Source: a virus
Lineage: Duplodnaviria; Caudoviricetes
Length of the DNA: 64,000 bases
Direction: 5' to 3' (one strand)
Virus record (IMG/VR): IMGVR_UViG_3300014204_000111
Coordinates: 128,001-192,000 of that record
In this document: piece by piece, positions 51,301 to 62,000 of the stretch
How the letters are laid out: every line of letters starts with the position of its first letter
Position numbering within the stretch: the stretch's first letter is position 1
The notes under the pieces: model-generated
Told to the model about the DNA's origin: nothing
Seen by the model: only the letters and a program-made list of their open reading frames with translations
The model's database searches: none
Position numbers and translations under genes: made by a program

Positions 51301-54300
51301 TAATACTGAAATTACAGATTTTAAAAATCCTATATCTGCAAATGCAATAGGAACAATAATAGCGTTTGTCTCTTCAACAGGAAATGATAAGGGTAATTAT
51401 TATTACAATCTTTATACGCCTAATAATCAAAATTTAGTTTCAGCACAAAAAGTTAGTAGATTCGAAATGATTGGAGATGGTAATGCTTACTTTATTTGTG
51501 TTGATGAAAAGAATCAAATTTTCGTTCTATTTGACACTAAAACACAAACATTAGTTAATGGTAGACCTAATATACTTCCTTTATCAGAATTAAATCTTTC
51601 TGGTGGAGAAGGAGATTTGTATGCTTACTTTTTATCAACAGCAAATCTTTATAAGTTTAAAACTAAAACCACTGATTCAACTAATATTAATATTCCTGCT
51701 GCTACTATCTTTGACTTTCCACCTCAAGTTCAAAAGTGGGTTGGCTCATTTAAGAGAAATAATTTTTATCTAACTAGTAAGGGAACAAAAGGATATACAT
51801 ATCTTACAGATTTAAATAATTTAACTCAATTTGACGCTCTTCATGCGAGAGATGAAAAAGCTGATTCAAAAGAAATCAAAAATACACTTACAAATACATT
51901 TTGGAGTTGGAATATTGATTCATCTCCTACATCAGAACTTTATAAAATAGGCTCTTCATATAAGCAAATTAATACTCCTGATTATGATTGTAATAGTCCT
52001 ATATTTAATAATACATATAGCTCATATCCAACGTTATATGAACCTTGTGCTATTTTACAGGATGATTTCTTCTTATTACCTCACTATAAATATGATACAG
52101 ATAATAAATCTGTTGTATTATCCTTAGTCATTAATAATCAAAGTATAAAAGAAAATACATCTGTTAAATCTGGTAATTTACCTAATTTGACATCTAAATA
52201 TGGAAAAAATAACTCTACTCAAAATATTATAAGAACAGTATTACCTTATCATACAGTAAAAGCAGTTATAGATGTACCAGAATCAGAAATGACTGTATGG
52301 GGTGATGATGGAATGACGCATCCTATTCCAGGGATACATCTTCCATTAGTTTCTAATGTTGGAGATAAATATTTTGTAAGAGTTGTTAACTACATTGTTC
52401 CTCCTGTTGTTCATATTAGACAAATGTATGATAAATACAGAGAAGATTATCTAGGATTAGATAATGCAAGTTATATTGTAGACCCAGATATTGCGTCTAT
52501 TTATCCTTCTGACCCATTAGTATTATATGCTGGATATATCGTAACATGGAATTCTGCTTCTGGAAATTTTGATGTTGTTATTCCTTCTCCATACCAAGAA
52601 GCTATAATTCAAAATACATTCGGAAAATACACTGCTGACACTTCATATTATTATGATAGTACTTATTCAACTTGGTTGACAGATAGACCTATTCAAGTTA
52701 AGTCAAGTAGTAAACCATTTAGATTGTATGAATATCAATTAGTTGAAGGAGAGGATGTTGGGGCTTCATTAGCAGCTCAATGGGTATTATGGACAACAAC
52801 AGTTATTAACGAAGGTTATCCATACGTAACTATATATGAAGAAACTCCTAATATAGCAAAATATTGGGCTTATTATGAAAATAAAGAGGTCTTTACAGAT
52901 AAGAATCTTGATAACAATCCAATTACAGCTCCATTTGAAATAGACAACTTACTTGTGCAAGGAGTCAATGCTTTACACCGTATGAAAGTTTCTAGTAATG
53001 AAATTCAAAGTGTACAAATATGTCTAAATAAAGAGGCTGTAAGAGATTTAAATATAATTGATAATAACGAAATTGCTTCAGAAGTTCTAAATATATTTGA
53101 AGTCTTAGACGAAGGACTAAGAAATACTTCTGCATATAATACAATTGTTACAGATATTTCTCCTGAAAATGATATTGACGGGTTAGAACAAGATTATAAT
53201 GATGTATTTGGTAATTACAAGAAAATGATTGATACATTATTGTGTAATAATCCCATACTTACCTTTGATACTACTGACCAAACTTTCTCAGAAGGTTCTT
53301 TATCTGTTAATAATAGCGCTGGAACTTTAACTTATAATGCTAATAAGACATTAGAAGGAATGGTAGAAGTAATAAAACAAATTACTATTACTGATATAAA
53401 TGATTTGCCAATTCCTATTCCAGAACTATCAGGACTATATTTAATTAAAAAAATATCTACAGTCACTCAAAATCATATAGAATTAGATGATGTTGTTGAG
53501 TCTATTGATGACATAATTTACATTCCTCAAGAAGCAAGAGAATTAAGAGAATATATTTATCTTTTATCCACTGGTTCTCCTGGTACTGGTTCTCCTGGCT
53601 CTGTATCAACACCTGGATATCTTGTAAAATGGATATATAATCCTAATATAGCAGACTCAGGAGAATATATACAATATGCTCCATCAGTAGGAGATACTAT
53701 CTCATTTGATGGCAAATATTATCAATGCGAAAGTGTAACAATAAGTGAGGCTATTTGGACATTAATAACTGATGTTACTCAAAATTATGATAATATTTTC
53801 TTTAAATATTATGAAGAATCAAGTCCTGATAATTACTGGACATCTGATGAAGTCCCTGCTCTTTATCCTGGGCTACCAATTAAAGATTTAAGTACTGGTA
53901 ATATATATGTATATGGTGAATCTAGGTTTAACAATGATAAAAAACTAAGAAATATTGATGGTAATAAATCTTATAATTCTTATTCTATGTTAAAAATGGC
54001 TTTACCAACTGTTCATGAAAATATTAAATATCTTAATACACTACAAAAAGCTCTTAATATTGATTTATCACCATTTATCAGTATTTCTGCTGTTACCAAA
54101 AAGAGCGAGTTAGAACATAAATTTGGTGCAGAATATTTTGAGAATGTATTTCCTCCAAGAGAAGATGGTAAAACTAATGAGTTAATATCTATTTCAACTA
54201 ATATTGAAACTAAAATTAATTCTGGAGCAAAAAGATTAGTAGGTACTAAAGATTTTGGATATTATGTTAAAATATCTTACAACTCTGGTACTACATTGGG

Positions 54301-56005
54301 TAGTGATTCAAGTACAACTTATATAGAAAAATGGCAGTTAGGGCCAACTTGTCCTCCTGTTATAACATCTGACTCAAATATTGTAACAGCACTAGGAACA
54401 ACCGATATCTCTTCATTATTAATTCCTTCAGAATTAGTAGCTCCTAATATTTATTGGGAAATTACAAATAGAAGTAATGTAACTAGTACAGTTACTCCTG
54501 AAAAATTAGACCTTTGGGCTGATGGATTAGGTACTTCTGAATTTATTGCTGCTAAAATACCAAGAGCGATATTTAACTATACTAATTATGAGAGTGGATT
54601 AATAGCCCTAGCATTAACCGGACAAGTTCTTGGTGATGTTAATACTGGTGTATGGATTTATTTAGGAGAAGTATCAGTATCTATGTATACAAATGTAGAG
54701 GATAACGTAGCTCCTCTTATACTAGACCAGATACATTTTCTTGAAGAAAAAGTTACTTTATTTAGTGCATTTGATTATAACAAGGCTCTTCAAAAATATG
54801 ATATAGTAACTGATACTGATTGGTTAAATCAAGATGGAGTAAATAGACAAAAATACCATTCATTAATAGGTTCTGGAAATCGTATTTCATTTGCTCACGA
54901 TTGGGAAACTTATAATCTTAATAGTCAAGGAAATCCTCTTCCAGGTTCTATTAATACAACTGTTTTATTTAATGGACTAACTTCATCTGCCGCTCATGAG
55001 GGAGTAGATGTAGATACCTATAGAACATTAGTATCTGAAAAATTGACATCTAATGCGTCTGTAAGTAGTTATGGTTATATCACTAGTTTAATTAGAGGAC
55101 AAAAAGGTGTATTTTATGGATTCCAGCCTAATGCAGTATTTGATAATACTGTAGATGCAGGACAATTTATCTCAAGAGGTTGGTACTACTTCTGTGTTCC
55201 ATCGTTATTTGATTATATTAAATTACCAGATGATTTCTTTGTTGAGTATAGTCAGTCTAATAATTTAACATCTGTTACAGGAAATATTTCTGAGAAAGAA
55301 ATTTGGATGGAATCATATTCTGGTACTGGTAAATGGGAAAGAGTTCCAATGCAAGTAATTGGTAAAAAAGAAACTATTTTAGTTCCTGACCAATTTTATA
55401 CAAGAACAAATACTCATGATTTAAACTCAAATACATCTGACTTTGTTAAAGAAAGAGTTTATACTCAATATTTACCAATTTTTGCTTCTACTATGAAGAG
55501 ACATGGGCCTCCGTTTACACATGATTATCCTAGAGAATTTGGGTATATTAATTCTAACAGTGCGTTTTATCAGTTAAATAATATGCCAATTCCTAATGAC
55601 TTAAGAAGTTGGCGTGATGCTGGGCCTGCATGGAGCACTAATGTTCTAGATTGGACAGTACGACCTATTGGTGGATATTGGTTTAGAGTTCTTACAAATA
55701 TTGGAAGAACATATGATGAAACTGCGACATTAGAGTTAGGAAAAACTACTAGAGATAATGATTCGTTTGTTTTAGGTTCTAAATCTCAATATACTGAAGA
55801 AGATGGTACATTAGCCGACCCTGTAAAGAGATTAGATATTATTAATTTATTACATAATTGTCCTCCAATGTTCTTAAATATTGTTCGTAACGAATGTTGG
55901 ATTGAAGATGCTACTATTTCTAATGGAAAATTAAACTTATTACTTGCAGGAAAAATAGAAGGCAAGGTACATATGGAGGTTTATACAATCGATGTTAATC
56001 AATAA
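42353..56005 (+). CDS. giant 4550-aa putative virion protein with DUF2793-like modules
   Basis: uninterrupted ORF; TGPWIGHENEISCWTGSEWLFDAPEIG...WDGVQW at about 50621-50764; N-terminal HQHDG. Confidence 0.7.
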   Translation: MPLNKVNFAQGANLSSECLQNIQTNFDRYLSSHQHDGVNSPFIDASEVHLEGQDAGNPLNRTLYDHVRDYAIHGFGNRYAVTSPYSDTLSESDYVEIDIIEDCKQWTFNGTYWETIVQLAKPIESDYTVQIQPVYSNHYVDFFTKLNPDTNFANLEGVVPLNNTLLNLHIIPTNLTSSSFGVRLYAIGKGTRHQLVSYDESLFANKNKIYFAERLTLPITGNSELNTFKIPYAGGFNYLPKKGKCSFPVDIFLAVNAIVTPNSTKLIVGDSVKPLPFNIADNNTYAFRDISEDIAGFQAPTDAANFGFITEEDAKSLEILNLSSFSQAQLANIVISGDNIEYKTRTFHYIDQQGNTVDTIPDEILPGMMYYVIIVDTVHHLNGDPDSTSTIMKPLSEILIISSDKNIIEYQASIGTLTPRTVDSYGNIAETNVFLSGDYQVLDNEYILLNNVTYNGRQADDLYYQPPKNTEVSIASQDFSDAHSDNASRIFYDNHNLLTDIFPGLTPETSVALYYKGFNSVDSQALYPDMKVDLRNTSTYNKTVYFSNKEYLIDSKFIPIRIRPKSIVVNAKSVLTTEYNAIFVRPKTIILRPEDVFYPLTGAQNTFNFPQGVAIGLNKTLAFKALNLDNFSDNFNSYHFYAYLKCPTNDGKYVTGYAEFFNNNLLDYINDADAESIDYQTIQGNAESRIFTGEFSTYVPVSGKLVSELIDNLRNYYIETDKEPSEAIIPGITKVFINKSDIQPLNYLNRFYTGSDLSAKFLAHSSTTPLDSHIGIVKNVEKTNSETWRVNLYSPVHQNSEATYLQKIFDGLDFIPQDVVNINGEPVFLSKTPTEPLLYKRITAEVVSTNKIILDKNDIINTNRYQDNLFSFDVYSEDDSKVVTNTKYIANNNDVEFTHYLYVGSELPFNTIDCILDDPINASLGATVTYQFLDQESEWIDLTLLNNTTTQNLDFYGLGDFSEFPNSVAIFERPNIATINERYSSQPYTTSRWTKSSLPDFKSTSKYWVRIKVDVPTHNSLPSSDTRKGYFPVIRSVSVYSTSPANIRINNWSCTATQDVNQKYIVTLTKVSNASTDISYLRKGDFVSWRQIIDSVTHYFQGTLISAAKDGSNNITLIINSPKWAGEESTVSMVTSCRNPLSYIRNIRVPIDKDIHVNISRRTNQQNPIPPLGTSGFYDSIAYGALKQQFFLISEDHETPLTLNEDFDNIRNCYDEYDDNETPDKGDIRTFYFKGDFVLTEVCPRIISDTVQYGIISDHSIGIHDKLWINLLQYNSSNLNYYVAKLSTNDQYYLVIRSGGTLPVEEDLNDFNVGAFSNKFAYLWDDNYPILSRDGIVEDISEDSPGGTYSLTDIEFSQRVSKFYKGDALSFGARNLIGIVFDTDDIYTSYNPDRPSFTNVNGIDDISNTFELVLPISVTSFGDNVFVNNGLTNTGDTFVYSDARTILTKEATLDSFPELPYEIDLLTLVESDSLYAKINTVKNTEDGLEIILGDNPPNTDEILLVSEGYYSNISSTLTIEDDDINRIKSRITQLRTENKGLGDATNNGDFKYEKLVQSHKAYDFGRAWAGLKDKQARVAVKFNPTLDDNVSYNIKNFSFLPGYDGNSINGINSIGNGIYCFVTPIRNIKHYNPALDGNYFGVNIKLSDSFASLSNLTYAHTHGAVDTYNVESIVDSIGKVPSDSLYYLLSDNPISGYLPYAGNIVTRTVNGVTYTRAEANATLLDISTGRRYIRVANKWRDLLTNTEPVYELVSKFNPSNHDESLVWHLAKIDNEYFIYVGNYSIIDPSTIPFSVGTILQSFDAWPMTTSITYDNPYFIVEASFDSQKKPQDTTYTHQIWKKVKEGDNTTVIPWGPTNNAVFGGSYLNYATSILPVKTGQTVSVVCLNLGDDGTKEYIKAKSISLGTVAEAWYNPVNINRIAKIHYTAGVVDSIVFNDTIPQYMDICRVINSKDIYIFYGVSPNGRWTKYDLSIFENINDKNNTLNKYAYISTPNGVYKQEEYYIGNTRYLYWKKYNSSTHIANKFVAISNSEEQGSKIIYENPYITGDFDTLFKGKSIYIRTQPITNNYNTKNSNYVMPDYDDTLYETFLGKVSEVITKTRKQSITEQITGEKSKETENDSTQKDFSISGSTIITDIYLRFEDEAGSLNKDLVDLLFKTPVPIYEDDLSSYAESQMINWSRVNALAINKSTYPATIVQNFNLNDYVHTDTLSNTVFFPARATDWGTTTRFTDSYGASYNDADSKPLFAPTLHREGNWASQTKIGDRITYKPKEVSHHAYKKLVLRQPKDDLYVLLDYMSDPHRDYMTGQEHTPLIFSGTNSLLFNRDISTYTPVTDGNNNTLGISQPGEIINLVTDKYLEKFGPYSYKTYKTKFSRLANLANSGNANLLTVVSKNGNNDDLVELSEAASYIEADGLDTYISMAFLTSFATNSINTINKEKGVNTTVPSYGVKLDGQYEILTGSDEAEPKIEFSKFVTSLSLKNWSIGYRVIVAESDGSSCTLPVMVKYKEDVFDHMKYYDPNSTATIDVRDYIIFYDGVRYNLITPDYTYNNEDIACLTSTLGKVYYKYTLDGWTRLSTFDDSTTIRRKITVNDNNTIESEYLKNLYPGIAILSENAFNYNTIYEDTTGDMILGYVKRIRYAYSEDDVIDQSRIIVEQVDNIHSLAYPPEIFGVGDTFIIRDRVFTDTIVDPIELFLGDTPGEWIDDKYTSILSSIIGNPLQLVDTPNAVEGFSEADYYNLIPAGTKFLNSPVILTGPWIGHENEISCWTGSEWLFDAPEIGRILAITSRDTYVRWDGVQWSDIEVPAWWWDASAPEGVIAIATTGCMSKKSGDYIDRINNFEQMWKYITPEVGDILIAKDKQKYEFKQGSPLDWHNINNRTYQIELDNGRTLDAGTYRTAFVYPPLMTKVPEDNTRHSFYTADIDGKVIYTNNLLFDYENRVMIKSYNDRYFGRTSVSIHKQLHKNINGQFYNRLEDEIHINTEITDFKNPISANAIGTIIAFVSSTGNDKGNYYYNLYTPNNQNLVSAQKVSRFEMIGDGNAYFICVDEKNQIFVLFDTKTQTLVNGRPNILPLSELNLSGGEGDLYAYFLSTANLYKFKTKTTDSTNINIPAATIFDFPPQVQKWVGSFKRNNFYLTSKGTKGYTYLTDLNNLTQFDALHARDEKADSKEIKNTLTNTFWSWNIDSSPTSELYKIGSSYKQINTPDYDCNSPIFNNTYSSYPTLYEPCAILQDDFFLLPHYKYDTDNKSVVLSLVINNQSIKENTSVKSGNLPNLTSKYGKNNSTQNIIRTVLPYHTVKAVIDVPESEMTVWGDDGMTHPIPGIHLPLVSNVGDKYFVRVVNYIVPPVVHIRQMYDKYREDYLGLDNASYIVDPDIASIYPSDPLVLYAGYIVTWNSASGNFDVVIPSPYQEAIIQNTFGKYTADTSYYYDSTYSTWLTDRPIQVKSSSKPFRLYEYQLVEGEDVGASLAAQWVLWTTTVINEGYPYVTIYEETPNIAKYWAYYENKEVFTDKNLDNNPITAPFEIDNLLVQGVNALHRMKVSSNEIQSVQICLNKEAVRDLNIIDNNEIASEVLNIFEVLDEGLRNTSAYNTIVTDISPENDIDGLEQDYNDVFGNYKKMIDTLLCNNPILTFDTTDQTFSEGSLSVNNSAGTLTYNANKTLEGMVEVIKQITITDINDLPIPIPELSGLYLIKKISTVTQNHIELDDVVESIDDIIYIPQEARELREYIYLLSTGSPGTGSPGSVSTPGYLVKWIYNPNIADSGEYIQYAPSVGDTISFDGKYYQCESVTISEAIWTLITDVTQNYDNIFFKYYEESSPDNYWTSDEVPALYPGLPIKDLSTGNIYVYGESRFNNDKKLRNIDGNKSYNSYSMLKMALPTVHENIKYLNTLQKALNIDLSPFISISAVTKKSELEHKFGAEYFENVFPPREDGKTNELISISTNIETKINSGAKRLVGTKDFGYYVKISYNSGTTLGSDSSTTYIEKWQLGPTCPPVITSDSNIVTALGTTDISSLLIPSELVAPNIYWEITNRSNVTSTVTPEKLDLWADGLGTSEFIAAKIPRAIFNYTNYESGLIALALTGQVLGDVNTGVWIYLGEVSVSMYTNVEDNVAPLILDQIHFLEEKVTLFSAFDYNKALQKYDIVTDTDWLNQDGVNRQKYHSLIGSGNRISFAHDWETYNLNSQGNPLPGSINTTVLFNGLTSSAAHEGVDVDTYRTLVSEKLTSNASVSSYGYITSLIRGQKGVFYGFQPNAVFDNTVDAGQFISRGWYYFCVPSLFDYIKLPDDFFVEYSQSNNLTSVTGNISEKEIWMESYSGTGKWERVPMQVIGKKETILVPDQFYTRTNTHDLNSNTSDFVKERVYTQYLPIFASTMKRHGPPFTHDYPREFGYINSNSAFYQLNNMPIPNDLRSWRDAGPAWSTNVLDWTVRPIGGYWFRVLTNIGRTYDETATLELGKTTRDNDSFVLGSKSQYTEEDGTLADPVKRLDIINLLHNCPPMFLNIVRNECWIEDATISNGKLNLLLAGKIEGKVHMEVYTIDVNQ

Positions 56006-59000
56006 TGAATTTATTCCTGTAATACAAAAAACATCACAAACATATAGAACTATTCGAACCAAAAATTATGGTAATTTTTTGGGATTTGAAACTAATACGT
56101 TAATTTGGGATAAAAATATAGACCAAGGTATACGTTATTTTAATTATTCACAACAACCGTGGTGGAGAGGTACTTATTACAATAATTTAGATGGAAAATT
56201 TCCATTTCTTCCTATGGGTGGTAATAATTTTATTGATGACCTAGGTATTTATACTATTAATGAAGGAACAAATTTTGCTCAGAGAGAAATGCTTTATCAA
56301 AAGGGAGACGAAGATAAAGGTCTAGATAAAAGCATTTGTCTAAAATGGCAAAAATCTTTATCATCAGAAAAAATTACTCAGGTTCAAGATATAATTCCTA
56401 CTGATATTCCATTGGTAGGTGGAGTATTGCCCTATGGTACTCAGAATGATTTATATAAAGATACGTATATTGATATAAGTAATAATACTTCTCCTATTAA
56501 ACCTATTACTTATTCTAAAACATCAACCTCAGAAGCAATATCTTATCAAGATATGTATCGTATTGAGAATAGTTCTTTGTTACCTAACAATGCTTTTGTA
56601 GATAATAAAAATATAAATATAGAAAAAAGATTTTCTGATGAATATGGAACACCAGCAATACTTCGCTTATTACCTGAATATATAACTCCTGTAGTTACTG
56701 ATGAACCTCAACATCCTGCACAATTTTATAGCTCATTATACGGAAGATTAGATGGGGACACTGTTATATTCTTATTACATAAAAATGACATAGTTTATGT
56801 TGGTAATAATAATACTTTGGGAATTGAATTAGCTGATGCTGCGAGAACTTTAAAACAAGGAACACAAGAAGTTCCATCTCAAGGAACAGCATATGCCGCA
56901 GAACAAGGTGCTTGGTTAACTTTAGGCTCTGGTAATAGTGGTGGAGCAAAATATCATGCTAATGATATAGTTGTTATTACTAATGATATTTCTGGGCCTT
57001 TGGCTGGAACATTTAAGAGTGATACATATTCTACGCCAGCTATTGTTAGACAAACATTAGCTACAGATAGATTTTCTTCTCCATATAATGCAACTGTATA
57101 TCTAAAGGGAGCAGATTATTTATATTTTAATTACGATGCAATAAGAGAGCAAAAATATTCAAATCCTATTGCTCAAAGTAAGGCATTAAGTATTGGTTCA
57201 GTTTATTATATTCAACCAGTTGGTTTAAAAAATAAAAATGTTAGTACTGGAGTTTACACTGATTTAAATAATGATTTGTATCATATAGGATTATTTCCAG
57301 GTATGCAATTATACTCCTATGCAACAAAAGACAAAGTTTATCCTCAAACTATTCTAGACTATAAAGATGCAACTCGATATAATATCGTTACTAGTTGTAG
57401 CGATATTAATGCTGATTTTAACACTTCAGAATATCACTATCTAAATATAATCTTAGACTCTATAGAAAAAAATAATGCACAATTATTTTCAGGCTCTTTA
57501 CTGGGATGTTCTACATTAGACGATACTATACAGTATATTTATACAGATAAGGCGAATACACTAGACACTATTCTCTCTTTAGACTTATTAGGAAAAAGTA
57601 TTTTTAATACAGATACTGACCTATCTAGTAATAATAGAGCTATTATAATAGGATACGGATTAGGTTCTGCATGTGGTCATGTTATTACAGATTTTAATAA
57701 TGATGCTATAAATTTTAATGATAATATAGATAAAATTAATTACAAAAAATATATTTTAATTATCAAGTGGTTAATTGATGATGACGGAGTATATTATCTA
57801 AACTCTAGTTCTGATATGTCATCAGTTGCTTTTTCTCCATCAAGTTTGACTTTTAAAACTTATGATGCTATAGATTTTACTGGAGAAGTTAAAGATGAAA
57901 ATTCTCTTGCTACTATAAAGAAAGACTTTGTAGTATTAGAAGCTTCTCATCCAGTATACGAAACTGATTCTAATGGAGTATTATATGGTGGATTACAAGC
58001 TATTTATATTAAAGAATTAAATAGTCTTCCAAGCGAAGAAATTCCTTATACTATACCTGATGTTAAAACAGCAAACGCTATAGAATCTGGTATCCGACCA
58101 GGAGTGATATTAAATGTAGGACAAGATATACAATGTTCAGAGTCAGCTTCTGCTGATATTATCAATTTAGGAATATCACCCTCTGTCACTTGTTCTACAA
58201 GAAGAGTTCATTCACCTGTAGAATTAATTACTGCTATAGTAGATTATGATGACTTAGGAACCTTATCAGAATTAACCTGGAAAGATACTAATAGACCAGA
58301 ATATGATGACCCTTATGGTGCGGAATCTATGATTCCTACTGTACTTGCTGGTTATACACATAATTATCAATCTTTAGCAAAAGGAGATAGTTGGAGACTA
58401 TATAGCGAAAATATATTTATGGATAATTATATTGAAAATTATTTAGATAGTTTTCCTGATGATAATTATTATGATGATATATTTGCCATAGATATTTATG
58501 AATGGCTTGTAGACAATAATAAGCTTATTCCTTCTACACAAAGAGCAGTCTCTAGTATTAGAGATTTTATAGAAAAAATTTCTGATGGAGAAATATCATT
58601 TTTAATTGAAGGTAGAAATGAACTACCATATATGACACTTACTGATGACATTTTATGTTATCAGGTTAATGGTACTTATATTTGGCCTGCTAGTAATGTA
58701 GGTTATTGGTCAAATGGCGGATTTAATACTACTACATCAGTTGTTAATCCTTGGTATTTTGGAACAAATGACCCATCTCTTATAAATGAAGAGAAGGGAG
58801 GAATACACGTATTTGATTATGAACCCGTAAGTAGTTGGAGATTAGTGAATTTAAATGATGATATATCTTCCGGTGGTCTTTATCAAGGTTATTATAATTC
58901 GACTTATATGAATAGCTTTACTGGTCAATGGTATGATTCAAATCATAGTCTAAAAAATACGGTAGGCTCTTCATTTAGTCCATATGTTGTTGAGCATACT

Positions 59001-62000
59001 ATATTATCATCTCGTTTGCATGAAGTGCCTTCTATTGCTGATTGTCCTGAAAATCTACAGTTTGTTGTCAAATACGATAATACTGAAGAATATATGTCTA
59101 TGTGTGGCTTAAAAGCACTATTAAGAGAAAAGATGGGCATTGCTGTAAGAGGTGATATAGAGGTATGGGAAGAAGCTATTATTAATCCTGGCTTATTATC
59201 ATATAAAACTACAGCGAAAGTTATTAATAATCTTTCTGGTGGTTTATACGAATTTGGTCAATATATGGATAACGGAGGTACATCTCCTAAATTTTGGAAA
59301 TATCCTCTAGAAAATAGTAGAACAATTACTGCTTATGCTTATATGAATAGAAGCGCTAACTACAGCGGAGAAGTGGAAAATCCTGGGTGGGAAAATTTAC
59401 TAGAAAATAGTGGCGTAGGAGATTCATGGGAAACAGTTGATATTACTTTAGTTGGAGTAGGTACTGTTGAAGGACTTAAGGTAACTAATGAAATACCATG
59501 TAATATATCGGAAATAGATAAATATAAAGCATTATATGATACTAAAACTTTACCTCAAATACTAGAAGTAGTAAATTATTATAACAAACATGATTTATCA
59601 CCAAATGATGTAGAAATAACTCCTTCAACTGTTATTGGTGGATGGGAAGACTGGATAAGGTCTGCTGATGGAAGTTTTGAATCAGGATTTTATCAAACAA
59701 CATATTTAGAAGAGCATTTAGAATCAGCTCTAGAAGTGGCACGTAGATGTGCGTTACTAGGAGTTTCTTACGATTTTTATCTTGATGAGTTAGATGTTCC
59801 AGAGCATATCTATATTACACCTATGAATCCAAATAATATTTGGAAAGTACACGGATTAAATTACGATGTTGCTAACAATATTACTACTGGTCATAGTAAT
59901 TTTATTTATCCGTATAATTATTTATATGGCTATTATAAAGATGATAGCTCTGAAACCAATGAAAGTAGTATTATGAATTTATTAAGACGAAAGGGTATTA
60001 AAATTGAAGATGAATATTTTACCTCTGGAACTCAGCAGATAGATTGTATCGTCACACCAATTCCTTATACCTTTAGTTTTACATATAATGCTTCTGCTGT
60101 AGCTAATACTGTAGCTCGTAAGTGGTGGACTGGAGAAACAGAAATTTATAGAGCAGTTTATGCTAAATACGCCTTACCCGAAGTTTATTCGCCATTTTTA
60201 GTCCTAGACATAGTAAGAGGAGATTATACATCATTAACAGAATACGGAACTGATGTAGACCCCGACTTTTATAATAATATTGGTAACGACGTTATATTAA
60301 TTGTGAAGCCTTTTGATAATAGTTCATCTAGTGAAGTATTAAACTCTTTATCTCATTTATTAGCTAAAACTAATATTGACCCAACTAAACCTTATGATTA
60401 TTTATTTGACAAATTTTATAACAAAGATGGACAGAGAAGATATCAAACATTAAAGTGGAATCTTACTGCTTCAGTTGGATATGATGGCCCTTCACTTAAA
60501 CAAAATATTTATAGAGGTTATTCTAGTAATCAATGTCGTACTGTTGGTCTAACAGAAAATGTATATACAGATAATAATAAAAAAATAGTAGATAAAGAAA
60601 GCGAAACAGAAGAAGCTACTATTTATCATCAAAAACCATTAATTATAGAAAATATAGATGGAGTTTATACTGACCGCTTATTTAATCAAGAAATTGCAGC
60701 TACTGAAAGTTATAAATTTGTATCTATTGAACCTAAATTAGGAACTATTATTTATAATTTAAATAGGTCAGGAAATATATATTCAGAGGGTTGGTATTAC
60801 TATAATGGTTCTGAATGGATATTAGCTTCTTATATAAATGAACCTAAGAGTTTAGGATTTATTGTAGACGTTAATTATCGATATACTTTAGATGGAGTTC
60901 CTGAAAATGGAGGAATTTTTCTCACTAAGACTCTATTTAAGGGAACTGAAAGTGGTGTTTTTGCACCTAATAAAGTAACAATAATTAAACCAACTACCTT
61001 TGCAATACCAAAATTACGAAGTTCAAATACTGATGCTATATTAGAGCAAGACGATTCTGACTATAAATATGCCAAGCTCTTAATCCCTCCTACAGAATGG
61101 AAGAATAATCCTTCATATAATTTAGGTGATGGCGTTGTTGTTGCTTATAAAGAGAATGGAGAATTTGGAGTATATTCTACCGTAGAACAAACTAGTTATA
61201 ACTTTACTATTTTAAATGAAATGCTTAAGTACTTCTTTGGAGGTACAAGTACATATTTTGCTGAGAACGGAGAATATACAGTTTATACTGGACTACATCA
61301 ACCAGAGTGGCCTTTACCTAGAGATATGGAATTAATTCAAAAGAGTTCGTATGAATTAGAGTTAATTGATGATATGGTTCTTCTTGTCTTTATTGGTACT
61401 GCTTGTATTGAGATTATGTGTGGTAAAGGATTTGATATTAATAATCCTAAGAAAATTTATCACAGATATTTAACTGAAGGTTGGAAAACTCCTTGGGGCA
61501 GTAATATTGCTAAAAAATATTATACTGATATTATTTTAGGAGAAGATTCTAACAACTTTATTCAAGGTGACGAGAATAGAAATGCTGTACTATCTGCTCT
61601 TGCACCTGTAGTAATAGAAAATAGTGGATTTGATGTTGGTAATATTAGTAATGATATTTTGGAAAATCTTAAATTTTATTATTATGCAAAACCAACTAAT
61701 ATTGAAAATTTATATTCATTTAAAACAGCATATTCATTTGATGATGCTTCTGGGTCAAAGTATAAAAGTGGAGATTCTTCATCTTTATACGTCTCTAATT
61801 TAGCCTCTCTCATCAATGACCAAGATAATAAGAGTCCTATTTTATATTCTGTTTATCTTGAATTTCCTGTTGTAGATGATTTTAACTATATTAACTTTAA
61901 GTTAGATTTTAGTCATTTAATGCATTTAAAAAATGAGAATCAAAGTATTGCAGATTTTATAAATAATAAATTTACTGGTAGTGAATTTAATGTATCAGAT

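Noticed and set aside
53570-53600. 15-bp tandem duplication (TGSPG x2)
   Set aside because: Short coding linker duplication with no further significance evident
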